This document shows, one piece after another, positions 8,481 through 15,862 of a stretch of 16,258 nt of DNA. Position 1 is the first letter of the stretch, and each line of letters starts with the position of its first letter. Source of the DNA: Candidatus Acetothermia bacterium (GTDB taxonomy: Bacteria > Bipolaricaulota > Bipolaricaulia > M55B111); the NCBI GenBank assembly GCA_046543235.1, contig JBKGZT010000031.1:1-16258 (forward strand). Reading direction: 5' to 3'. A program made the position numbers and the translations under genes. A model generated the notes under the pieces. That model was not told the DNA's origin. It ran no database searches and worked only from the letters and a program-made list of their open reading frames with translations.

Positions 8481-9546
8481 TACTCTCCTCTTTGATATAC
8501 CTCCTTGTCCTTCGTTCCAGGATTTCTGCAACTTCATCGGCTCCGGAAGAAGTGATCAACTTCTCCTGTTCGCCGTTTACGTAAAGCAGTCCACCCTCGG
8601 CAGTCCCGACGATTCCAAGATCGGCCGAACCGGCCTCGCCAATTCCGTTGACGGCACAGCCCATCAGAGCTACCCGGGGAGAATCCTCCAAATCAGCCAG
8701 CCTCCTTTCGAGTTTTCGGCCGATTTTCTCCACGTCGACCTCCGTCCTGCCACAGGTAGGACAGGAAATTACCTCCACTCCTCTATTCCTTATCCCGAGG
8801 GATCCCAGAATATCGTAAGCAGTAAGGACCTCCTCGCTCGGTGGAGCGGTAAGGGAGACCCGAATCGTGTCTCCGATCCCCTCCTGCAGCAAAACGCCGA
8901 TCCCGATCGAGGATTTTACGAGACCGCTCCTTCCACCTCCGGCCTCCGTTACCCCCAGGTGGAGAGGGTAATCGTACTTTTCGTCAAACATCTCGTTGGC
9001 CCTGATCGTCCTGTTTACGTCGCTCGACTTGAGGGAGACCACTATTTCGTCGAAACCTTCGTCCTCCAGGAGCTCGATCTCCTTTTCAGCACTTATGACC
9101 ATCCCCCGGGCCGTCCTACCGTACTTCTCCAGGATGTCCTTGTCCAGCGATCCGGAGTTTACCCCGACTCGGATGGGGATCGACCGGGAGGCAGCCTCAC
9201 GTGCGATCTCGCCAATCGCCTCTTCGTCAGTTATGTTACCGGGGTTGAGTCGGAGCTTGTCGACTCCGGACTCGATGGCCGTAAACGCGAGCTCGGGGGA
9301 GTAATGTATGTCCGCAATAATCGGAACGGGGCTCTCTCTAACGATCTCCGGTAATTTCTCACCCGCCTTGCTGTCAGGAACCGCCACCCTGACCAGCTCA
9401 CATCCCAGGTTAACCAGCCCTTTTATCTGTTCCAGCGTCTCTTCGACTTCTGCAGTGGAAGTGTTGGTCATGGACTGCACTACGACGGGATTGTCGCCGC
9501 CGATCTTAACTCCACCCACGTCCACGACTCTACTCCGCCCTGTCAT
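8461..9546 (-). CDS. ispG: (E)-4-hydroxy-3-methylbut-2-enyl diphosphate synthase (GcpE), two-domain type
   Basis: IGGDNPVVVQSMTNT, VRVAVP, IADIH, LRLNPGNI, IRVGVNSGSL, SLKSS, YPLHLGVTEAG, GIGDTIRVSL, SCPTCGR and MGCAVNG.GE. Confidence 0.97.
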   Translation of the reverse strand: MTGRSRVVDVGGVKIGGDNPVVVQSMTNTSTAEVEETLEQIKGLVNLGCELVRVAVPDSKAGEKLPEIVRESPVPIIADIHYSPELAFTAIESGVDKLRLNPGNITDEEAIGEIAREAASRSIPIRVGVNSGSLDKDILEKYGRTARGMVISAEKEIELLEDEGFDEIVVSLKSSDVNRTIRANEMFDEKYDYPLHLGVTEAGGGRSGLVKSSIGIGVLLQEGIGDTIRVSLTAPPSEEVLTAYDILGSLGIRNRGVEVISCPTCGRTEVDVEKIGRKLERRLADLEDSPRVALMGCAVNGIGEAGSADLGIVGTAEGGLLYVNGEQEKLITSSGADEVAEILERRTRRYIKEESNGNNKG

Positions 9547-10553
9547 CTCGCGATCCTCTCCATTTGTTCTTTTTCGACGTAACCGTTATCGAGAAACCAA
9601 TCCACGGCCTTTTTCAGGGATTTGGCCATCGGCGTCTTCGGGACTCCAAGCTCGTCCAGCCAGGGGGTTAGATCTATTCTCTCGTCCACCCTGGTGGATT
9701 GAATGGAGGCAATCGGTATTCTGGGCCTTCGATTCAACAAAAACCCTTCGAAGAACTCGTCGACCCAGGCTGCAGTCAGCGCCAGAGGGTAGGGTATTCG
9801 AAAGCGCGGTCCCGGAAGACCGGTTATCCGATGCAGTTGCTGGAGCACCTCCGAGAGGTTCGTATTCCTGTTACCTAGGACGTACCTCTTACCGGATTCT
9901 CCCTTTTCCATGGCGAGGACGTGTCCTTCTGCAACGTCCTCCACGTCAACGATATTGAAATCCATGTCGACGAAGCCAGCCATTCCTCCCTTTAGAAATT
10001 CCAGGATCATCCGTCCCGTCGGTGTAGGACCGTAATCACCGGGACCGACCGGTACCGTCGGACTTGCAATCACCACGTCCAGCTCGGATTCCGCTTCCAA
10101 CTCTAGAGCCTGCCTTTCGGCAAAATACTTGGATATCTTGTAGTCGCTCGGTAACTGTTCCGTCGAGCCCGGGAGGCTTTTTCCATCCTCCGAGTGGGCT
10201 AGCAACGAAGCAGTGCTAGTAAATACCGCCCTCTCCAGTCCGGCTTCTTCGGCCACGTTCAGGACGTTCCTGGTTCCGTCCACGTTCGTCTCGTAAAAAT
10301 CCTCGTAGTTCGAAGACCAGAAGCTGTATAGGGCGGCGGTGTGAAAGACCCCGTCAACACCGCTGACGGCATCCTCCATTTCGGACCGATTCCTTATATC
10401 CCCCGTTACCATTTCAGCCTCTACTCCTTCCAGGTTGACGGTATTGCTGGACTCCCTGATTAGTGCCCTAACTTCGTATCCCTCCCGCAATAGCTGCTTG
10501 ACCAGGTTGCTTCCCACAAAACCGTTAGCCCCGGTTACGAGAAACTTCATCAC
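9543..10553 (-). CDS. hpnA: Hopanoid-associated NAD-dependent epimerase/dehydratase (extended SDR, dihydroflavonol reductase-like)
   Basis: LVTGANGFVG, VFHTAALY, TNVDGTRNV, FTST, catalytic YKISK, PTVPVGPGD..PTPTG and VDVEDVAEGH...GKRYVLG. The hpn context supports the call. Start is GTG 10553 or ATG 10550. Confidence 0.85.
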   Translation of the reverse strand: MMKFLVTGANGFVGSNLVKQLLREGYEVRALIRESSNTVNLEGVEAEMVTGDIRNRSEMEDAVSGVDGVFHTAALYSFWSSNYEDFYETNVDGTRNVLNVAEEAGLERAVFTSTASLLAHSEDGKSLPGSTEQLPSDYKISKYFAERQALELEAESELDVVIASPTVPVGPGDYGPTPTGRMILEFLKGGMAGFVDMDFNIVDVEDVAEGHVLAMEKGESGKRYVLGNRNTNLSEVLQQLHRITGLPGPRFRIPYPLALTAAWVDEFFEGFLLNRRPRIPIASIQSTRVDERIDLTPWLDELGVPKTPMAKSLKKAVDWFLDNGYVEKEQMERIAR

Positions 10554-10557
10554 GCGA

Positions 10558-11241
10558 TCACCCCAACAGGACGGGCACCACGGCTTCTACGGCCCGGGCA
10601 AGTCTCTTTCTCGCCCGGACGAGGTCAGTGAAGGCCCCAGGTAACTCGGTCGCTCCCTTCGGGTGCCGAAACAGCCACAACATGAGATTCCATGGCTTGA
10701 CCACCCCGGAATTGTCATAACAGTGATCGGGAGGCAGAGTTCGATCGATATCGTCAAAAACCACCCGCAAACCGAGAAACGGTATATCGTTATCCCGGGC
10801 AACTCTCGCCTGCCAGTAGGTTTCCTGGTCGACTATCGGATACTCTTCACCCTCGAGTGCCCGCTTATCCTCCGATTCCGTCACGGCTTCCTCCAGGGTA
10901 AGCAGTCCCGTGGTTCTTGTATCCTCCTCGAGGACTAGCTCCGCCCGTTTTCTGAACTCCTCGTCCGTCCTGTACTCTCCTTCGGTTACTTCGGATCCGA
11001 TCTTTTCCACGAGACAGAGATCCCCGGTAGTAAACTCGGGATCTATCGAGCCCGCAAAACCGACGGAAAGCATTCCTTCCAGCTCCGAACTCAGTTCCGC
11101 TACATCTAGAGAGTCCTTAACGCCGGTCCTGCCGATTCCCGTAAAAATCAGTTCGTGTTGAGACCAGTTTTCGCTCTCCATATCGAGACCACCGCCGAGA
11201 CCCTCCAGCTCCAGCCTTGTGGATGCCAGAACGGATAACAT
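10558..11241 (-). CDS. hpnG: Hopanoid-associated nucleosidase/phosphorylase (MTAN/PNP fold)
   Basis: TGIG, LSVGFAGSIDP..GDL, K..L, VDQET (canonical VDMES) and IPFLGLRVVFD...LP. Immediately downstream of hpnH. Confidence 0.78.
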   Translation of the reverse strand: MLSVLASTRLELEGLGGGLDMESENWSQHELIFTGIGRTGVKDSLDVAELSSELEGMLSVGFAGSIDPEFTTGDLCLVEKIGSEVTEGEYRTDEEFRKRAELVLEEDTRTTGLLTLEEAVTESEDKRALEGEEYPIVDQETYWQARVARDNDIPFLGLRVVFDDIDRTLPPDHCYDNSGVVKPWNLMLWLFRHPKGATELPGAFTDLVRARKRLARAVEAVVPVLLG

Positions 11242-11246
11242 GTTAA

Positions 11247-12290
11247 CTAAGAACCGGACAGGATATTTTTCACGCTATCCGGAACGGAACTCTTTACCAC
11301 GTCAATTAGACCGTCAGTGCTCCGGAGGGAGTCGATGGTTCCAGCAGTATCGAACCCGGAATGTATCATACAGCTGTTACACCTCCGGTCGTTTCCCGGC
11401 CCGAAGTCCTCCCAGAGCTCCTTTTCCAGAATTTCATCCACGGAATCAACGTGTTCATCGGCCAGAACGTAACACGGTTTTCGCCAGCCCCTGACCGTAT
11501 ACGTCGGTGAGGCCCAGGCAGTACATTCGAGTTCCCGCTTGCCGCGGAGAAAATCCAGGTAAAGCGGAGTATTATAGAGGGGGAAATCATCCACCACGTC
11601 GGGATCCAGGATTTCCTGAAAAACCTCGATTGACTCCTTACGCTCGAGGAAGTGTTCTTCAGCGCTCCGGTCGACGGCGGAATAGTTGTAGCCGGGTGCC
11701 AGCATTATCCCTTCGACCCCGGCCTTGGTCAGCCTTCGGAAGAGCTCGTGCAGGTCGTCCGGATCGCTTTCCTTGAATATCGTCGTATTAGTCGTCACCC
11801 GGTAACCCATGTCGACCGCCTTTTCCAGGGCGGTAAAAGCCCGCTCGTAAGTACCCTCCCTGTTCGTGAACTTGTCGTGAACTTCCTCGGTTCCGTCGAG
11901 ATGGACGGCAAAAGCCAGTTTATCCGAGGGCTCGAACTCGTTCAGCTTTTCCTCGAGCAGGAGACCGTTGGTACAGAGGTAGATGTAGTAGCCCTCGTCT
12001 ATCAGGTTCTCGACGATCGTTTCTATTTCCGGATGAATCAGCGGTTCTCCGCCGGAAATCGATATGACCGGTGCCCCCGATTCGTCGGCCGCCTCCAGGA
12101 CCTCATCGGGTGACAGCCTTTCGTCCATATAATCGGAATACTCCCTGATTCTCCCACATCCGGTACATCTCAAGTTACACTGTTCGAGCGGCTCTATGAT
12201 CGTCACAAGCGGGAACCTCTTTTTTCCCTTGGCCATCTGTGCGGCCGCATAACTCGCTATCTTGGCGTTCATCTTCAAAGGTCTTCCCAT
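11247..12290 (-). CDS. hpnH: Adenosylhopane synthase-like radical SAM enzyme
   Basis: RFPLV..IEPL.QCNLRCTGCG, SGAPVISISGGEPLIHP, IYLCTNGLLL, VHLDG, VTTNTT and PGYNY. C-terminal DUF3463-type region CTAWASPT..GWRKPCY..W..FG.G.D.RC..CM.H.GF. SD AGGAGG. Confidence 0.93.
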   Translation of the reverse strand: MGRPLKMNAKIASYAAAQMAKGKKRFPLVTIIEPLEQCNLRCTGCGRIREYSDYMDERLSPDEVLEAADESGAPVISISGGEPLIHPEIETIVENLIDEGYYIYLCTNGLLLEEKLNEFEPSDKLAFAVHLDGTEEVHDKFTNREGTYERAFTALEKAVDMGYRVTTNTTIFKESDPDDLHELFRRLTKAGVEGIMLAPGYNYSAVDRSAEEHFLERKESIEVFQEILDPDVVDDFPLYNTPLYLDFLRGKRELECTAWASPTYTVRGWRKPCYVLADEHVDSVDEILEKELWEDFGPGNDRRCNSCMIHSGFDTAGTIDSLRSTDGLIDVVKSSVPDSVKNILSGS

Positions 12291-12299
12291 AAATTCCTC

Positions 12300-13328
12300 C
12301 TATTTCTTTCTATTCAACAAAAATTGTCCGAAATTCTTCAGGTCGGCTTTGGCCCAATCCCGTAACTCAGTCCGTTTAAGTTCTCTTTCCGCCTCTGCCC
12401 AGAACTCCCTGGCTTTTTCATTCGTCCCCTCTCTTGCACCTAGTTCCTCTAGGATCCTTTTGGTCTCCTCCACCTCTTCCGAGTCAAGATCATTCCGGCG
12501 AAAATAAAGCCTCTTTAGCTCCGCCAGCATGGAACCTTCGCCCTTCTGCACGGCATAAACCACGGGATAACTCATCTTCTTTTCGATCAAATCGGATTGG
12601 GCGGACTTCCCGGACTCCTCGGGCTGACCCCATATTCCAAGCCAGTCGTCCCTGATTTGATAGACGTAACCGAGCAGCTTCCCCAGCCGTACGAGACTCC
12701 TTTCGTCTCCGGCTTCTTCCCCGTATATCGCCCCAACGTGGAAGGAAGCCTGAAGCAAAGCACAGGTCTTGTCCCGTATCATCTCCAGATAGCTTTCGAC
12801 GTCGACGTCCTTCCTCTCGGCGTACGTCAGGTCCCTAACCTGACCCTGGATCATTCGAAGAGAATAATTTGAGAGTGCGTCCAGTACCCTCAACGTCCTC
12901 CCGGGCCTGGAGCCATCTCCGAGCTCGGTCAGGGCCAGCAACGACATATCCTTTATTCCATCGCCCGCGTTTATCGCCTGGGCCGGTCCCCACTTCGCCT
13001 GCACGCTCTTCCTACCCCTGCGCGTCTCAGCGTCGTCCTGAATATCGTCGTGAACCAGAGAAAAGTTGTGAATTAACTCCAGGGAAACGGCCCCCGGAAG
13101 GGCATCCTCGGGGTCACCTCCCAGCGCCTCGGCGGTGAAGAGTGCCAGGGATGGTCTTATCGCTTTTCCTTTCAGTTCTTCCTCCTCGCCTCCTTCGAGC
13201 CCAAGGTGGTAGTTGACCATTTCGTGCAGCCTGTCTTCCCGACCGCTTATGAGTTCGCGGATCTTTTTACCGACTTTCTTTTTATGCTTTTTTATGTTAT
13301 CCGGTATTCCTTCCACTGCTTCCGTCAT
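12300..13328 (-). CDS. Short-chain trans-polyprenyl diphosphate synthase (IdsA/GGPP-FPP synthase type)
   Basis: GKAIRP, ELIHNFSLVHDDIQD...RRGR (FARM), AINAGD, GQ.RD, KT and YQIRDDWLG.WG....GK...SDL.EKK. Confidence 0.92.
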   Translation of the reverse strand: MTEAVEGIPDNIKKHKKKVGKKIRELISGREDRLHEMVNYHLGLEGGEEEELKGKAIRPSLALFTAEALGGDPEDALPGAVSLELIHNFSLVHDDIQDDAETRRGRKSVQAKWGPAQAINAGDGIKDMSLLALTELGDGSRPGRTLRVLDALSNYSLRMIQGQVRDLTYAERKDVDVESYLEMIRDKTCALLQASFHVGAIYGEEAGDERSLVRLGKLLGYVYQIRDDWLGIWGQPEESGKSAQSDLIEKKMSYPVVYAVQKGEGSMLAELKRLYFRRNDLDSEEVEETKRILEELGAREGTNEKAREFWAEAERELKRTELRDWAKADLKNFGQFLLNRKK

Positions 13329-14068
13329 TTTTCCTCGTCCTTAATTATTCCTTCTTTCAGGGCGAACTCCCTGATTTCTTCGGCAGAGTGAATATCAAGC
13401 TTCTCCATCATGTTTGCGCGGTGAGTCCTTACCGTTTCCACGCTCCTCGAAAGGATATCGGCTATCTCCTTGTTGGAATTGCCCTCGGCCACCAGCTGAA
13501 GTATCTCCCTCTCGCGAGACGTTAGCTTTTCCAGAACGTCCGGCTCTATGTCCTTAAGCTCTCTCTCGATCATCTCCACTAGAGAGGTCAAGATCGGAGG
13601 CGACATGTAATAATAACCTTCCCTGACCGACTGGATTGCCTCCTCCAACTCGTTTATGGCGTCTTCTTTGAGCAAATATCCCGAAGCACCTGTCTTGATC
13701 GCCCTCCTTATGTATCCCTCGTCGTCGTACATAGAAAGGAAGATGACGTCGGTTTTTAGTTCCTGCTCCTTAATCTTTCTGGTAGTTTCCAGACCGTTTA
13801 ACCGAGGCATCGATATATCCAGTATAGCTATATCCGGATTTTTCTCCTCGACCAACTCCAGGGCTTCGTAACCGTCCCCGGCCTGGCCAACTATTTCCAC
13901 CCTGTCGTTTCCTGAAAGCAGCGTTTCTATTCCCTGTCGGACCAACGTATGGTCATCTGCCAGGACTATCTTGAGCTTGCTTCCCGGCTCCCCTTCACCT
14001 TTTAGATCCGAACTGGATTCCCCTTCGGTATTGCCTTCCCCACCTTCGGTCTCGAGATATAAAAACAT
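13325..14068 (-). CDS. NarL/FixJ-family response regulator (REC + LuxR HTH)
   Basis: KIVLADDHTLVRQG, phosphoacceptor region ILDISMPRLNG, LSM, GASGYLLKE and LTSREREILQLVAEGNSNKEIA...TVRTHRANMMEKL. SD AGGTGAT. Overlaps the prenyl synthase by ATGA. Confidence 0.95.
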   Translation of the reverse strand: MFLYLETEGGEGNTEGESSSDLKGEGEPGSKLKIVLADDHTLVRQGIETLLSGNDRVEIVGQAGDGYEALELVEEKNPDIAILDISMPRLNGLETTRKIKEQELKTDVIFLSMYDDEGYIRRAIKTGASGYLLKEDAINELEEAIQSVREGYYYMSPPILTSLVEMIERELKDIEPDVLEKLTSREREILQLVAEGNSNKEIADILSRSVETVRTHRANMMEKLDIHSAEEIREFALKEGIIKDEEK

Positions 14069-14083
14069 GATGAGATCACCTAT

Positions 14084-14111
14084 ATTTTAACGCACCATAT
14101 TCAGTGGTAAA
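14084..14111 (-). promoter_or_regulatory. Possible internal promoter upstream of the response regulator and lipid genes
   Basis: Minus strand TTTACC (14111-14106), 16 nt spacer, TAAAAT (14089-14084), in the only large internal gap (117 nt). It lies very close to the SD, so it is uncertain. Confidence 0.3.
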
Positions 14112-14185
14112 TGCAGGCGTCGTACCAAATTTAGACGGAAGATGTGCCAACGGTGGCACTATCAGTGGTGAGATTTGGCCGGGAA

Positions 14186-15442
14186 CTACTCCATGGGCAG
14201 AAGAATTTCGGCCCTGGTGCCCTTACCTGCTTCTGAATCAATTTCGAACTTTCCTCCCGCTATGTTGACGTTTTCCCTTATTCCCTGCAGACCCAGGCCC
14301 GGCTCCTTTACCACTTCATCGGGGTTGAACCCCTGCCCATCGTCCTCGATAACCAGCCTGACGCTCGTATTACTAACTCCCAGCTCCAGGGATATGCTCT
14401 CGGGGTTCCCGTGTTTGATGGCGTTGTTCAGGAGTTCGTGGGCCGCCCTGTACAGGATCGTCCTCTTTTCCTCCTCCCGAAGCTCTATATCGGGGTTCAA
14501 GGATGTTTCGAACCCTATATCGGTTGATTCCTTGTAGTTTTCCACCAGTTCACGTAAAGCCGCCGTAAGTCCCAGCTCGTCCAGAGTAGAAGGACGAAGA
14601 AGATGTGAGAGGTTTCTGCTCTCGCTGATGGCGTCGCTGAGCAGGTCCTCTATTTCCCTTATCCGGGAATCCTCCATTTCCTTCCCCAGAATGTCCAGCT
14701 TCATTTTAATCCCCATAAGCCTCTGGCCGAGTTGGTCGTGAAGGCGCTTGGCGATCCTTCTTCTTTCCTCCTCCCGTGCGGAAATCAGTTCCCGCCAGAG
14801 GCTTTCGAGTTTGGCCTCCCTCTCCCGGAGCGACTCGTTTTTTTCGCGGAAAAGTTTGGCAAACATCTGGACGGTATACGCAGTTGACACGTAGAGACCC
14901 ACGCCTCCCGTCAGTATCGTGGTCGTGACGTAAAAGGAGCTCTCGTGAAGGTTCGCGGTCCTTTCGAATATTGACCAGTGGGCTATCAGACCGGCGTATT
15001 CGGCGTAGCTAATTCCGGTAAAGAACCCTATTACCAGGAAGGTAATCGTCCAGCCCTTCTTTGGGGGGAGGAAGAAGTTCGCGTAAAGTACCGAAAAGAC
15101 GTAGAATGCGACCCCTATCCATTCCGTACCTCCGATTATATGTATCAGATACGTCAGGATCGCCACCTCGATCACGAAGTAACCGAAGTGAACGTTGTGC
15201 AACGCCTCCTTTGATTTCTGGGCTTCTATCAACCTGGCGAAGGGTATGGTGATAATTTCCCACATCAAGGGTGAAAATATCAAGGGCAAGGGGAAATTAA
15301 GACCTGCCCCAAACCTGAAATAGAGTGCGAGGACGAGGAAGATAGTCAGCGTTACGCGTCGGACCCGGATCGTCTTCAGGATTATCTCCTTCAGTTCGTC
15401 CAGGCTCCTTCTCCGCTGATCTTGCTCAAGATAGCTTTTCAT
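14186..15442 (-). CDS. Membrane-bound sensor histidine kinase, HisKA_3 (NarX/DesK/LiaS class)
   Basis: About six N-terminal hydrophobic helices, H-box EEERRRIAKRLHDQLGQ, LRPSTLDELGL, N-box YRAAHELLNNAIKH, G1 IEDDGQGF, G2 GLGLQGIRE and GKGT. Confidence 0.94.
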   Translation of the reverse strand: MKSYLEQDQRRRSLDELKEIILKTIRVRRVTLTIFLVLALYFRFGAGLNFPLPLIFSPLMWEIITIPFARLIEAQKSKEALHNVHFGYFVIEVAILTYLIHIIGGTEWIGVAFYVFSVLYANFFLPPKKGWTITFLVIGFFTGISYAEYAGLIAHWSIFERTANLHESSFYVTTTILTGGVGLYVSTAYTVQMFAKLFREKNESLREREAKLESLWRELISAREEERRRIAKRLHDQLGQRLMGIKMKLDILGKEMEDSRIREIEDLLSDAISESRNLSHLLRPSTLDELGLTAALRELVENYKESTDIGFETSLNPDIELREEEKRTILYRAAHELLNNAIKHGNPESISLELGVSNTSVRLVIEDDGQGFNPDEVVKEPGLGLQGIRENVNIAGGKFEIDSEAGKGTRAEILLPME

Positions 15443-15462
15443 TATCCCCCAGAACAGGTGAA

Positions 15463-15813
15463 CTAACAGGTAAGATGATAGGCCGCAGCAACCAGGCTCT
15501 CTTCTTCGGACTCATGGAGGGCGTTAAACTGTTTTACGGCTTCGTCCGTTCTGTCAGCCCGTATTTCTATTCCTCTTTCCTCCAGGTAATCCCTGGCTCG
15601 ATCAGTTACCTTCATCCTGCCGCTGCTGCCTTTTCCAACTATTAACAGATCGGGGTTCTCCTCGACTATCCAGCCCAGATCCTCCGGGGAGAGACGGTGT
15701 CCCTCTTTCCTGAACCAGCCCGGTTTGACCTCGTCGCCACAAATCATCAGGTCATCCCGGTATTCCTCCCCTTCTATGACCATTCGGCCGAACGAATAAG
15801 AATCTATCTTCAC
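15463..15813 (-). CDS. Mth938-like domain protein (AAMDC/NDUFAF3 family)
   Basis: (M)KIDSYSFGRMVIEG.EY.DDL, W.RKEGH.L..EDL, PDLLIVGKG..GRM, T.EAV..FN and C-terminal HLTC. Start reassigned from 15924 to GTG 15813 (SD GGGGTGG), which lies downstream of a promoter. Confidence 0.88.
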   Translation of the reverse strand: MKIDSYSFGRMVIEGEEYRDDLMICGDEVKPGWFRKEGHRLSPEDLGWIVEENPDLLIVGKGSSGRMKVTDRARDYLEERGIEIRADRTDEAVKQFNALHESEEESLVAAAYHLTC

Positions 15814-15862
15814 TCCAACCACCCCGTTTCTACTTTTCGTCCGATACCTGGCTCCTGAATCA

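Noticed and set aside
8481-8537. Extended ispH N-terminus from the ORF track (MKLQKSW...)
   Set aside because: It lies within ispG. ATG 8480 has an SD and matches the family start.
14144-14170. Sigma54 promoter suggested by TGGCAC
   Set aside because: There is no TTGC -12 element at the required spacing on either strand.
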